Origin: a virus
Length of the DNA stretch: 64,000 nucleotides
Strand: one strand, 5' to 3'
Virus record (IMG/VR): IMGVR_UViG_3300006793_000013
Made by a program: the position numbers and the translations under genes. Under the pieces are notes generated by a model. It was given only the letters and a program-made list of their open reading frames with translations. It was not told the origin of the DNA and ran no database searches. Each line of letters opens with the position of its first letter. The stretch's first letter is position 1. This document shows positions 19,201 to 27,785 of this stretch, in pieces.

Positions 19201-22200
19201 CGCCTGGTGCTGCTGCTGTAAATTCTACTTCATAGTTACCTCTTGAATCAGATGCTGACTCAAACTGTAGAACACGATAAACGTCTGTGTATTCTTGTAA
19301 TATCAAACCAGTTGATGGTCTTGTAGCAACGTCAACCAGTTCACCTGTTAACATAACCTGCGAGTTAGAACGCAACGACATTTTAGTATTGTCTGGAATA
19401 ACAGCAAACAATCCATCAAAGTTACCAGTTGAATCACTTGTTAAATTAAGTTTAGCAACACCTGCTGGTAAATCAGAAGTTGAAACTGATGTTACAGGAT
19501 ATCTGTAAATTACATTACCATGGTCAACTTCAAGTTCTGAGTTGTTAAGTGGCGTGTAGTCGTATCCGTCAACATAAAGGAACAGTCCACCTTGTGTGTT
19601 TGCAAATCCTGCACTTGGGAAATAACTGTAAACTGTTTGTGCAAGGTCATTGTATAATGAAGTTGGTGTTGGAACCTCAAGTGGATCTGAACCATCTGCA
19701 ACCAATGCATAGATACCATGTGCAGAAGAACCACCAACGGATCTAATCTGCGCACCGTTAAGTGACATGTACGATGCATAACAGTAATATGTAAACATCG
19801 AAACTGCTTCTGTTAAACCACCGTTAGTTGCAAGTAGGCCGTAACCCATATCAGCAACCTGCGTAAAGTCATTTGATAGCATTGATCTGTTACCAGGCAT
19901 CAATACTTCGTAAATTCTTTCAATTGAGTGTGTTCCGCTACCAGCACTTGTTGTTGCAACTGATGTGCCGCCTAGTGATTCTGCTACTTGGAATGTGTTT
20001 GTTGTTAAGTTAACACCTGAAACAAAATAATCTTTACCAACAATTAACCCAGTTGGCAATGAACCAGTTGTTGTAAATCTAACAACTGCACCTTCTTGTA
20101 ATTTGTGTGCTGCTGAAGTAATAACAGCAGGGTCAGCATTTGTAATTGTAGCAGTAACAGGTCCAGCAGTTCTAGTAAATGGTGTAGTTTCATCTAAAAT
20201 AAATGATGCTGAAGAACCGTTTTTGTTAAAGACAAAATCTCTAACATAGTTTACTCTGAATACTGTATCATCAACAATAAACGAACAAGGTAGTTGTGGT
20301 ATTCTGTCTAGTCCTGTTACTTCAATTCTTGTAGTTGTTGTCGATGAAGCGTGTCTAAATTGTAAGTTACCAGCAAAGCCGTCAACAAACATACCACCTG
20401 CAAAAGTTTGTTTGTTTATTGATTTTGAGAATGATGCTGATTCTTGACAGTATGGTGACTTAGCAAGGATTTGTCCTTCTGGATCAAGTACCATCATAAA
20501 GCCGCCATGTCCTTGACCTGTAACAGCTCTAATAATGTTAGCGTCATTCATTAAGAATACGTCTAACTTGTCGTTCTCTTCTGGATAGTTAACACTACCT
20601 GAACCGTCCATTACATCTTCAATAGCATCAAATAGTTCAGCAACAACACCTTGTGTTCCTGTTTCTGCTATAAACGATGTATCAATAATCTGTACTGCTG
20701 TAGTTACTGTTCCTGGTAATGGTAAGTTTTGTATAACATAATCAATCGCTGTCTGCGCTCTTTCAAGACCTGCAATTGTTTGTGAAAGCTGTGTAGTAAT
20801 TGCAAGTCTTCCACTTGCACTTTGATAATATTTTAAACCTGCGGAAATAGTTCTATTGTATCCGCCATACTTCAGGTCGAATATCATAGCATCAATAACT
20901 AATCCTACGTCACGTTTACATAGTACTTTGTTATATGTAAATGACTGAGTAAATGGTGCAGTGTTTGAAGCAATTTGTGTATCGATCCATTCAACAACTT
21001 CGCTTTGAATGAATGATTTGTTAAGTTTGATAAGTGCTGCTGCTTTTCTATAAGCACCTTTGTTATCAACTTTAGGATAAACTGGTTGTGTTGTATCTGA
21101 TAGGTAATGATGACCGTACAATTGTGTAGCAGTTGTCAGTCCATCAATATTTGTATCTCTTCTAAACTTTTGGAACGCCCAAGGTGAACTTGATGTACCT
21201 TGTCTTGGTTTAATAAGAACACGTCTAAATTCATCACCAATGATTGCAACGTTCTGCGGTACCTTAAGTGGATAGTTTTCTTGGTAAATTCCACTTTCAA
21301 CAAGGACTGCAATTTGAATTTGGTTAGTAATATCACCGTATGAAATAGGCTCGTCAATTAAGAACGTTCCGTACTTGATATCTACATCAAAAATCTCATT
21401 ACCTAAACTATCTAATGCACCTTCGTGTGCAAGAATCTGTGCAAGTGCTCCAGATGTTTCACCTCGTAAATATAAACCTTCTCTAAGATCTCTTGTTCTA
21501 AATGCTACTGGAGTATCAGTTAAAACGTCACCTGTAAAGTCTGTACGATAACCATCTGTTTTTAGCAAGAACCTTGGTAGGTCAACATTAACTGTTGGAA
21601 TTGCTGTAAATCCTGAACCAGAATCTGCAATATCAATACTAGTAATAGTTCCGCTTGTAATAACTGCTGTACCAAATGAACCAGTTGATCCAGTGCCGCC
21701 TGTAACACGTACAGATACTAAACTGTAGCCTGATCCACCATTGGTAATATCAATTCCGTTTACTTTATATGTTACATCAAATGTAGCACCTATACCAAAA
21801 GTTGAGTCAGAAGTTGTAACAACTCCGCTTGTTCCAGGTAATACTGTGTAATCACCTTGTGCTAAAAGTTTAAATGTTGTAATAGCACCTGGTGTTGTTG
21901 CTGTTGATAATACTTCAATAGTTGCACTTGATCCTGTACCACCTTGCAGTGTAATAATATCTCCTGCTTGATAGTTAGCACCTGGTGCGTTCATAGTAAT
22001 AGTGTCAACACTCATTCTTGCAGTACCAGCAAAGCCTATACCTGAACTTGGTGATGATGCAATTTCTGAAAGTGTTACAGTACCTGAACCGTTATTAAAT
22101 GTAAGTTGCTTCTTATAAGGTCCAATGTCGTCTAGTGATTCTAATACTAGTTCTTCAGCACGTTTTAGTGCTGCTTCAATTGTTCTATAAGCATAAGCAA

Positions 22201-22897
22201 GAGCTCTACCTTGTAGTTCTTCACTAACACCTACTCTTTCGTCTTGACCTGATGTAGCAACATATAAGTTTACCTTACTACCGAATGATGCGTTATCAAC
22301 ATATTGTTTTGTTGCAGCAATCAAGCCGTCATATAATTCGTCATCTGCAGGTTCTGGGCTTCTGCTTAAAATTAATGGACCAGTCATTGTACCAAATGCT
22401 ACATTTGGGTTACCTGTTGACGGATCAATAGCACCAATACCCGCTCTTGAAATCTTTGTATCTACATATTCTTTGTTTGCTGCTTCATCATCTGAAACAG
22501 GAGTAGCCATATCTTTAATACGATATGTATTACCACCTGATGCAACTGATAAGTTACCACCTAGTTGTGGACTAGGGTCTCCTGAGATTTCACTAAACTC
22601 AGTAGCAACAATAATTTGGTTTGAATTAGAAGTATCATCGATTGTGATACCTAAACCTGCTGTAATTTGTTTAAATTGTAACCCGTCTGTTGTTGGGTTA
22701 ACAGCTAGAACAGCGCCTTCTTGACCTAAAAATGTAGTAGGTGTATCGTCAAGGGCAATAAAAGTAAGTTTTTCGCCAAGTCCTAGTGAACTATATAATT
22801 CTTTAAAGTTGTCGTTTACCTTGCGAAACGAATCTCTAATACTATCGCCGGTACCGTCGTTACCTATTGCTCCAATATCTACAATCTTACGTGCCAT
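16241..22897 (-). CDS. Giant tail fibre/baseplate protein (2218 aa) with probable C-terminal autocleaving chaperone (Peptidase G2-like)
   Basis: gp9/gp10-like N-terminus DIGAIGNDGTGDSIRDSFRKVNDNF; four related beta repeats; C-terminal ADLAEYY...VAGVVS...VALQGRVPCKVVGKIEKGDLIV...IIGKA. Confidence 0.8.
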   Translation of the reverse strand: MARKIVDIGAIGNDGTGDSIRDSFRKVNDNFKELYSSLGLGEKLTFIALDDTPTTFLGQEGAVLAVNPTTDGLQFKQITAGLGITIDDTSNSNQIIVATEFSEISGDPSPQLGGNLSVASGGNTYRIKDMATPVSDDEAANKEYVDTKISRAGIGAIDPSTGNPNVAFGTMTGPLILSRSPEPADDELYDGLIAATKQYVDNASFGSKVNLYVATSGQDERVGVSEELQGRALAYAYRTIEAALKRAEELVLESLDDIGPYKKQLTFNNGSGTVTLSEIASSPSSGIGFAGTARMSVDTITMNAPGANYQAGDIITLQGGTGSSATIEVLSTATTPGAITTFKLLAQGDYTVLPGTSGVVTTSDSTFGIGATFDVTYKVNGIDITNGGSGYSLVSVRVTGGTGSTGSFGTAVITSGTITSIDIADSGSGFTAIPTVNVDLPRFLLKTDGYRTDFTGDVLTDTPVAFRTRDLREGLYLRGETSGALAQILAHEGALDSLGNEIFDVDIKYGTFLIDEPISYGDITNQIQIAVLVESGIYQENYPLKVPQNVAIIGDEFRRVLIKPRQGTSSSPWAFQKFRRDTNIDGLTTATQLYGHHYLSDTTQPVYPKVDNKGAYRKAAALIKLNKSFIQSEVVEWIDTQIASNTAPFTQSFTYNKVLCKRDVGLVIDAMIFDLKYGGYNRTISAGLKYYQSASGRLAITTQLSQTIAGLERAQTAIDYVIQNLPLPGTVTTAVQIIDTSFIAETGTQGVVAELFDAIEDVMDGSGSVNYPEENDKLDVFLMNDANIIRAVTGQGHGGFMMVLDPEGQILAKSPYCQESASFSKSINKQTFAGGMFVDGFAGNLQFRHASSTTTTRIEVTGLDRIPQLPCSFIVDDTVFRVNYVRDFVFNKNGSSASFILDETTPFTRTAGPVTATITNADPAVITSAAHKLQEGAVVRFTTTGSLPTGLIVGKDYFVSGVNLTTNTFQVAESLGGTSVATTSAGSGTHSIERIYEVLMPGNRSMLSNDFTQVADMGYGLLATNGGLTEAVSMFTYYCYASYMSLNGAQIRSVGGSSAHGIYALVADGSDPLEVPTPTSLYNDLAQTVYSYFPSAGFANTQGGLFLYVDGYDYTPLNNSELEVDHGNVIYRYPVTSVSTSDLPAGVAKLNLTSDSTGNFDGLFAVIPDNTKMSLRSNSQVMLTGELVDVATRPSTGLILQEYTDVYRVLQFESASDSRGNYEVEFTAAAPGVGTFLATINATTATGNIATFSQNHGLIVGDTIVPRSTANGITASTTYHIIDVPTYDSVVLSTSAGGSALTLTSGTPTIKCVVPHKQLFNYRLSFSSTGTLPAGITSGETYWVREENLTATNFELSSVINGSTPVTTTDTGTGTHSAIIEGLTVTTLRENYNYIDLTLYKPGEAKAGTTETCTISVASPAVITKVTHNLTQGDPIVFTTTGSLPTGINTSTHYFVHTVLDANTFTISVAYPTLSGAVQVDTTGVQSGTHSYYTPTGAAGDSSFAIVAVAPQERSRVQGSTFVFNGETYVIDLFEDETVVGNPWARVTLNKPLVDSLTQYEASYTVKSAVARGTDGANGKLTIRISLTRVTSHDLLEIGTGSYADTNYPTEIYGPSVNAFNPDTETEERNVGRVFYVTTDQFGNFNVGPFFRVDQGTGQVTFSAAIALSNLDGIGFKRGVPVSEFSTDSGMTDNAVDTVPTENATRLYIERRLGTTHGGAPVTSANLIPPINGGFMALDGSLAMKGPIDIANYKVINVGDPTQPQDAVNLRNLTFTNLQEFSINDLKANDILAFTGNGNDAINATIVGDIALDIDSTANTIDAQIQPDVIVNADVNASAAIDQSKLNMTDAQVRANATGITQANKGIAAFDNTFFTITDGWVTITDSTITKAKLETVTGKSVLGNNLLSADQPADILFTTVVDQGGSIKKSQYSTTGFLRRISSSSNTADADYSIIEATANASANQLVQRDGNADAQARIWDATSTFNISGNTAVGYGTSGSASYVRVFTGSSGSGGLYLQNGSLATDKRNFYDNDYHQFRTQNGVSLAPVEASSIITTSLTTGGNTSAGTVTGRWTLTGTTPSESRFEATYAADLAEYYEGDKEYEVGTVLVFGGDKEVTTSNKKGDPKVAGVVSDRAAYVMYAACPGFKNLVALQGRVPCKVVGKIEKGDLIVCAGIHGVGTVADGDVRAGTIIGKAIEAYDSDHIGTIEVAVGRN

Positions 22898-22930
22898 CTA
22901 CTAACTCCAAGTATCCTTTTAATTCTAATG

Positions 22931-22936
22931 TATTTA
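22931..22936 (-). promoter_or_regulatory. Late-type promoter TAAATA of the structural operon
   Basis: GCTAAATAC upstream of a GGAG SD and the start at 22897. Confidence 0.55.
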
Positions 22937-22968
22937 GCCAATAATTTTATAAGCCTAATGTAAAATAG

Positions 22969-22974
22969 TAAATA
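22969..22974 (+). promoter_or_regulatory. Late-type promoter TAAATA-N5-ATG
   Basis: TAAATA CAAGT ATG(22980), no SD. Confidence 0.65.
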
Positions 22975-22979
22975 CAAGT

Positions 22980-23267
22980 ATGTTCATTAAGACTGAAAAA
23001 GTTCATACTTGTTACACTAGGCAAAGTAAACTTGGTAAAACACACGAATATATCCGTGAAAAAACCGTTGTTCATCTACAGTGTGATAACTGTGATACTG
23101 TATTTACCAGGGATTTAAAAAAGATGAACTCAAGCCGGTTGAATAACAATTACTTCCACGTTTGTAATGACTGTGACTCTAAACGTTTTGCACAGCGTAA
23201 AGGAGTAGAACAGAAGAAAGTCTGGGATATGCCAGCTAACGCAGACTTACCTTTATCTAAATACTAA
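22980..23267 (+). CDS. Zn-binding hypothetical protein
   Basis: CDNC...CNDC pairs. Confidence 0.7.
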   Translation: MFIKTEKVHTCYTRQSKLGKTHEYIREKTVVHLQCDNCDTVFTRDLKKMNSSRLNNNYFHVCNDCDSKRFAQRKGVEQKKVWDMPANADLPLSKY

Positions 23268-23446
23268 ACTGCTCGTCGAGCAAGTTCTTTTTTTACTTTT
23301 ACTATAAGTTTAGGCTTTGCATTACTGCTATCTATATAGTCTACAAGCTCTTGCGTAGCCGTAGATTTCATATAGAAGTGTTGAGTTTCAGTTTTGCCTG
23401 TTGTTTTGTTTCTAATTTTTTGTGATGGTTTAAATTTTACAGGCAT
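23264..23446 (-). CDS. Hypothetical basic protein (60 aa)
   Basis: TAATG overlap with the iscU stop. Confidence 0.6.
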   Translation of the reverse strand: MPVKFKPSQKIRNKTTGKTETQHFYMKSTATQELVDYIDSSNAKPKLIVKVKKELARRAV

Positions 23447-23874
23447 TATTCAGGCCCTCCGTTATGCATACGTTTTGCTTTCTTTTCATCCCAGTCCTGT
23501 AAGGCTCTTTTTATAGAATCCTCTGCTAGAACTGAACAGTGTAATTTAATAGGTGGAAGGTCAAGTGCTTTTGCTATGTCTTTATCCTTTATTTCTAGTG
23601 CTTGGGCCATTGTAAGTCCTTTAAGCATTTCAACAAACATAGTTGAACTTGCTATTGCACTACCACAACCGTATGTTTTGAATTTCACATCTTCAATAAC
23701 ATCAGTATCTGGATTTACTTTAAGATCAAGTTTCATAACATCACCACATGCTGGTGCACCGGTCATGCCTGTTGCCACGTTTGGGTCTTTAGGATCAAAG
23801 CGACCAACACCGTGAGCATTAGGGTTTGCAAGAACAGATTCGAATCTGTCTACTACTTCTTTTGAATATGCCAT
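23446..23874 (-). CDS. iscU: Fe-S cluster scaffold IscU/NifU
   Basis: MAYSKEV, GAPACGDVM, FKTYGCGSAIASS, LPPIKLHCSVLAED. Start moved to 23874. Confidence 0.95.
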   Translation of the reverse strand: MAYSKEVVDRFESVLANPNAHGVGRFDPKDPNVATGMTGAPACGDVMKLDLKVNPDTDVIEDVKFKTYGCGSAIASSTMFVEMLKGLTMAQALEIKDKDIAKALDLPPIKLHCSVLAEDSIKRALQDWDEKKAKRMHNGGPE

Positions 23875-23896
23875 AATGTAATGTGATTTTTCGTTT

Positions 23897-23925
23897 ATTA
23901 TACAACAACTTAGTGAAGTTGTCAA
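23897..23925 (-). promoter_or_regulatory. Sigma70-type promoter for iscU
   Basis: TTGACA-17-TATAAT, exact consensus. Confidence 0.8.
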
Positions 23926-23982
23926 CCAATTGTATTTAGCCATGATTTTTATCTCTTTTATATTTTATGACAGCCCTAAGTG

Positions 23983-23990
23983 TATAAATA
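23983..23990 (+). promoter_or_regulatory. T4-like late promoter TATAAATA directly before SOD
   Basis: TATAAATA CAGT ATG(23995). Confidence 0.65.
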
Positions 23991-23994
23991 CAGT

Positions 23995-24558
23995 ATGACC
24001 ATAAAATTATACAGAGAAATAGTCATTGAAGCAGATACAGCTCGTGAAAACTTAGTGCAAGAAAAATTGCCCTATGAAAAGAATGAGCTGGAAGTAATGA
24101 GCAGCGACACACTTGATTATCATTATGGCAAACTTGCGTCAGCGTATGTTAAAAGATACAACGACAAAGACGGCGATGATGATTTCAATTATGGAGGCGC
24201 AAAGTTACATAATTTGTTTTTCCCTCAGTTACAACCTGTTTCTGTTGGTAATAAACCTACAGGGATATCTAAAGAACTTATTGATAGCAATTTTGGTTCT
24301 TTTGAAAACTTTAAAGAAGAGTTTTCAAAGGTGGCCATGGGCATTCAAGGTTCAGGTTGGTTGTATCTTGATACCAAAGGACGAATCAAAACAATTAAAA
24401 ATCACAGTTACAAGCGTGGTATGAAAATTGCATTGTTAGTTGATTGGTGGGAACATGCATGGGCTTTAGATTATCAAGCAGATAAATCAAAGTACCTTGC
24501 AAATATTTGGAAGATTATAAATTGGTCAGTAATCAATGACCGCATACAAGGAGAATAA
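23995..24558 (+). CDS. sod: Fe/Mn superoxide dismutase
   Basis: LPY, YHYGKL, HNLFF, GSGW, DWWEHAW: all four metal ligand positions present. Confidence 0.88.
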   Translation: MTIKLYREIVIEADTARENLVQEKLPYEKNELEVMSSDTLDYHYGKLASAYVKRYNDKDGDDDFNYGGAKLHNLFFPQLQPVSVGNKPTGISKELIDSNFGSFENFKEEFSKVAMGIQGSGWLYLDTKGRIKTIKNHSYKRGMKIALLVDWWEHAWALDYQADKSKYLANIWKIINWSVINDRIQGE

Positions 24559-24559
24559 T

Positions 24560-24730
24560 ATGAATCCTATTAATTGGGTAAAAGACAGACTAGAAGAAAG
24601 AACATCATGGGACGGTGCAGTTCTAATTGGTGTTGGAGTAGTTGTTTTAATCGCAGGACCTTTTGCGAAATTAGCAGCCTATGCAGCCATCGGGTATGGT
24701 ATTTGGACACTATGGAAAAAGCAGGACTAG
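24560..24730 (+). CDS. Small membrane protein
   Basis: MNPINWVKDRLEERTSWDGAVLIGVGVVVLIAG...; GGAG SD. Confidence 0.65.
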   Translation: MNPINWVKDRLEERTSWDGAVLIGVGVVVLIAGPFAKLAAYAAIGYGIWTLWKKQD

Positions 24731-25044
24731 TTAAACTAACTCAATCAGCGGTCGATCATATGACCAAGCTGATAGATGAACAAGGTAAACCCATCGTCAG
24801 ACTCAGTGTCAAAGGCGGTGGGTGTGCCGGTTTCGGTTATGAGTGGGCCATGACTGAAGAATTAGAAGAAAAAGATGAAATAATTGACCTACCAAACGGC
24901 CAATTCGCTATAGATCAATTTAGTATAATGTATGTTGCAGGTACTGAGATTGATTTTATTAAGGAAGTATTTGGTTCTCAACTTGTAATTAAAAACCCTA
25001 ACGCAACATCAAGCTGCGGTTGCGGCGAGAGCTTCTCGGCTTAA
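24712..25044 (+). CDS. iscA: A-type Fe-S carrier (IscA/ErpA/HesB)
   Basis: RLSVKGGGCAGFGY, GTEIDF, NPNATSSCGCGESFS. Start moved to 24712. Confidence 0.92.
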   Translation: MEKAGLVKLTQSAVDHMTKLIDEQGKPIVRLSVKGGGCAGFGYEWAMTEELEEKDEIIDLPNGQFAIDQFSIMYVAGTEIDFIKEVFGSQLVIKNPNATSSCGCGESFSA

Positions 25045-26058
25045 ATCATATTCGTATAAAGCCTTACTAGCAAGATTCTTTGCCTTGCTTTCACACATAA
25101 TATCTGCCGAGTCACGGAAGGACAAAGCCCAGTCATTAACTGTATTGTTAGGATAGTAATCACTGTGGGCTCTAAGTTTTTGCTTTTTGTAGCCTGCCTC
25201 TAGTAACTGTTCCATATTAGGCATTGTGTCGTGTGCAAAGTCTTGCGGTAACCATTCGTCTCGACTGTATGAATAATGTATCACAGGTCGTACACCACGC
25301 CACGAATCTATCATGCGTAGATATCTATCGTCGGTGGGACGTATATATTCGCCTGTACGGACCCAGTGATGGTGTATGTCCAATACCAATGCGCATGTGT
25401 CAACAAGTTCGAGGCTTGCGTCGATGCCCCATGACATCTCATCGTTCTCGATCGTAATGCAATTTCTCGCTTCTGGAGAAAGTCTCTTGTCAACTGCGTG
25501 TTTGATACCGGCTGGACCTTGGCGACCGGATATGTGGACATTGCACTTGAAGTCCTGGAAGGACTTCCCGTATCCCATCCACCTGATGACATCGGTGTGA
25601 TATTCAAATTCTTCTATGCTCCTCTCTACAATTTCGGGGTTGTCGCTCGCAAGTACAGTAAATTGGCCTGGGTGCATCGATAGTCGGACATCGAGGGCTC
25701 TTGCTCTCTCACCGATCGGTGCAAAGTGTGTTTCGCAGTATTTGCGGACATCCGGCTTACGCCAAAAATAGCCCCAAGTAGGCTCAGTATAAACAGGAAG
25801 TACATCACTACCCAGTCGTACCATTCGCAATTCATCGGGCAAACTCCCTACGTACTCTATCAGATTAGCGTAGCTCTGTATGTTGTGAACCATAATGTCC
25901 CACAAGCGTTGTTCGGCATCACCACGTGTCTGCCTGTTGAGCCACTGCACTGTTGTACTGCGTGTATTTAGTGGTCGTTGAATTTCTTCTAGCAGTTTTT
26001 TCTTCTGCGTTTGATCGTGCCACATGTATTTGCAGGCAAAGCCTATTCTCTTATTCAT
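25009..26058 (-). CDS. uvsE: UV-damage endonuclease (UvsE/UVDE)
   Basis: RIGFACK, RLSMHPGQF, ITIENDE, LVLDIHHHW, HYS, AHSD, DIMCESKAK. Confidence 0.92.
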   Translation of the reverse strand: MNKRIGFACKYMWHDQTQKKKLLEEIQRPLNTRSTTVQWLNRQTRGDAEQRLWDIMVHNIQSYANLIEYVGSLPDELRMVRLGSDVLPVYTEPTWGYFWRKPDVRKYCETHFAPIGERARALDVRLSMHPGQFTVLASDNPEIVERSIEEFEYHTDVIRWMGYGKSFQDFKCNVHISGRQGPAGIKHAVDKRLSPEARNCITIENDEMSWGIDASLELVDTCALVLDIHHHWVRTGEYIRPTDDRYLRMIDSWRGVRPVIHYSYSRDEWLPQDFAHDTMPNMEQLLEAGYKKQKLRAHSDYYPNNTVNDWALSFRDSADIMCESKAKNLASKALYEYDLSREALAATAA

Positions 26059-26060
26059 AC

Positions 26061-26798
26061 TTATAGTATACTATCTTCTAAGTTGTAAGTCAATCGAGGA
26101 TCTCTCAATATTCTAAATGTTTCTTTCCAATCGTTAACATGATAAATCTTTGAACGTTTGAAGTTTTGTTTTAGTGCTTCTGCAATAGGAAAGTCATTTC
26201 CTGCAGGATCACAACGATCACCAAAGAACAATATACTATCGTCTTTATCAAAGTCTGAAAGTATTTGACTTTTGTCTGACCCATGAGGTGCAATGTCTAA
26301 ACCTGTTTCTCCGCCTACTGTTGCTTTCATATAAGGGAATTCTTTGTTGAATAAGTCAGCAATTATGTTACGCTCGTTATGTTTGGTATCATACTTTGCA
26401 TATAACTTACGTTCGCCCATTGTAGCATTGCGACCTACAACACTGAAGTTAATCATGCCAGGACGTTCTTCAATGTGTAGTCCTGTTCTAAGTGGGAATT
26501 CACTTTCTTCTAGTTTATCTAATAAGAAAGTTTTTGCTGAATGAGGAAGTTTCCAATCGCTTCGCCTAACGTTTTTAGATGATTCATATACGTCAGCACC
26601 ACTACAATTATAAGCACGTCTAGCCAAGCCGTAAATAACATTACCTACTTGTTCAACAGTTTTGTCTTTGTCACTGCCTGTAACAAGGTAAACTTTGTTT
26701 TCTGTGCAAAAGTCAAAGAAGAATTTTGAGAACTCTTCGTCCATCTTTTGACGACTTGGCGTCAATGTACCGTCTACATCAAATATAAACTTTAGCAA
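26061..26798 (-). CDS. HAD-IIB phosphomannomutase-like enzyme
   Basis: FDVDGTLTPSRQ, LVTGSD, IEERPGMINFS, GGETGLDI, FFGDRC..GND; TTG start with GGAGG. Confidence 0.85.
   Translation of the reverse strand: MLKFIFDVDGTLTPSRQKMDEEFSKFFFDFCTENKVYLVTGSDKDKTVEQVGNVIYGLARRAYNCSGADVYESSKNVRRSDWKLPHSAKTFLLDKLEESEFPLRTGLHIEERPGMINFSVVGRNATMGERKLYAKYDTKHNERNIIADLFNKEFPYMKATVGGETGLDIAPHGSDKSQILSDFDKDDSILFFGDRCDPAGNDFPIAEALKQNFKRSKIYHVNDWKETFRILRDPRLTYNLEDSIL
26065..26093 (-). promoter_or_regulatory. Sigma70-type promoter, predicted leaderless, for uvsE
   Basis: TTGACT-17-TATACT-6 nt-ATG. Confidence 0.7.
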
Positions 26799-26801
26799 TG
26801 A

Positions 26802-26942
26802 TTATTCCTCCAACGGAATGTCAGTATAAAATCGGTTATACTGTTCCCAGAACATGTATTCGTCATACACTTGAGAACCATAAACAATTGCTAACTCTAG
26901 CAAAACAATTATGGCTAGTACTTTTAGTATTACGTTAAGCAT
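26802..26942 (-). CDS. Small membrane protein (46 aa); not in ORF track
   Basis: MLNVILKVLAIIVLLELAIVYGSQVYDEYMFWEQYNRFYTDIPLEE; AAGGA SD. Confidence 0.65.
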   Translation of the reverse strand: MLNVILKVLAIIVLLELAIVYGSQVYDEYMFWEQYNRFYTDIPLEE

Positions 26943-26954
26943 ATTTTCCTTTCT

Positions 26955-27779
26955 CTAAATTTTAGCATTAGGATTTTTTTTACGAAAACGATCAAACAGT
27001 TGTTTAATACGTTTTACCTTTGCAACAACATTGTCTGTGTTTGCAAACTTATGATGATTAGCATATGTAAATGCATCTTCAATATCTTTTTCGAGATCAC
27101 CTGCTTCGTCAATAATAATCTCATGATCGTGTAGCATACTTCTACTAATAGGTACAAACTGTGCAAGTGGAGTACCTGATTTAACTAATGTTTTACCTTC
27201 TAGTATATGCCAAAATAATTGAATTGGAATGGCATGCATGTACATAGGATCAACTATGCCATATGCAGCCGTAAATCTTGTTTCGTTGTTATAGGACACT
27301 GGCATTTGTAACAGCAACATATCTTCACTTGCTTTTACACGCCAAGGTGTTTCAACTTTAACTGCTGAATTTAAGTAAGGCTTGTTTGTGTTATCAGTGT
27401 CATGAGGAATAAGTGGCTCAGTTTGCCAAGGTGCATGCCAGTTGATATAATATTCCCAACCTTTTATATTGTAATTTCCTGTGCTAGGTTTTACAAACTG
27501 AAAAGGAACTTCCCAACCAATGCCACCGTCTACATTAGGACCTGTAGCAATTGTAAAATCTGCAGGAGCTCTCATAATATATCCTGACTTCATAAGCGGC
27601 TTAATGCCAGGACAGTTTTTAGAAAGTTGATTGCCGCTTTCAGGTCTTACTCTACGTGTTCCAACATCGTTGAAATCACGTTCTGCCTTACCAGCAGGCT
27701 CAATAGGATACAATTCTGCTACATTAGGATCTAATGAGTAGAAACGTAACCAAGATTTTTTCTTTCTAAAACTAAACAT
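26955..27779 (-). CDS. Hypothetical beta-rich phage protein (related in style to 62695-63426)
   Basis: CPGI...GYIMRAP...KVETPW...GTPLAQFVP. Confidence 0.7.
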   Translation of the reverse strand: MFSFRKKKSWLRFYSLDPNVAELYPIEPAGKAERDFNDVGTRRVRPESGNQLSKNCPGIKPLMKSGYIMRAPADFTIATGPNVDGGIGWEVPFQFVKPSTGNYNIKGWEYYINWHAPWQTEPLIPHDTDNTNKPYLNSAVKVETPWRVKASEDMLLLQMPVSYNNETRFTAAYGIVDPMYMHAIPIQLFWHILEGKTLVKSGTPLAQFVPISRSMLHDHEIIIDEAGDLEKDIEDAFTYANHHKFANTDNVVAKVKRIKQLFDRFRKKNPNAKI

Positions 27780-27785
27780 ACTTAC

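Noticed and set aside
23995-24558. Catalytically dead SOD
   Set aside because: Although divergent, all four metal ligand positions (H, H, D, H) are present.
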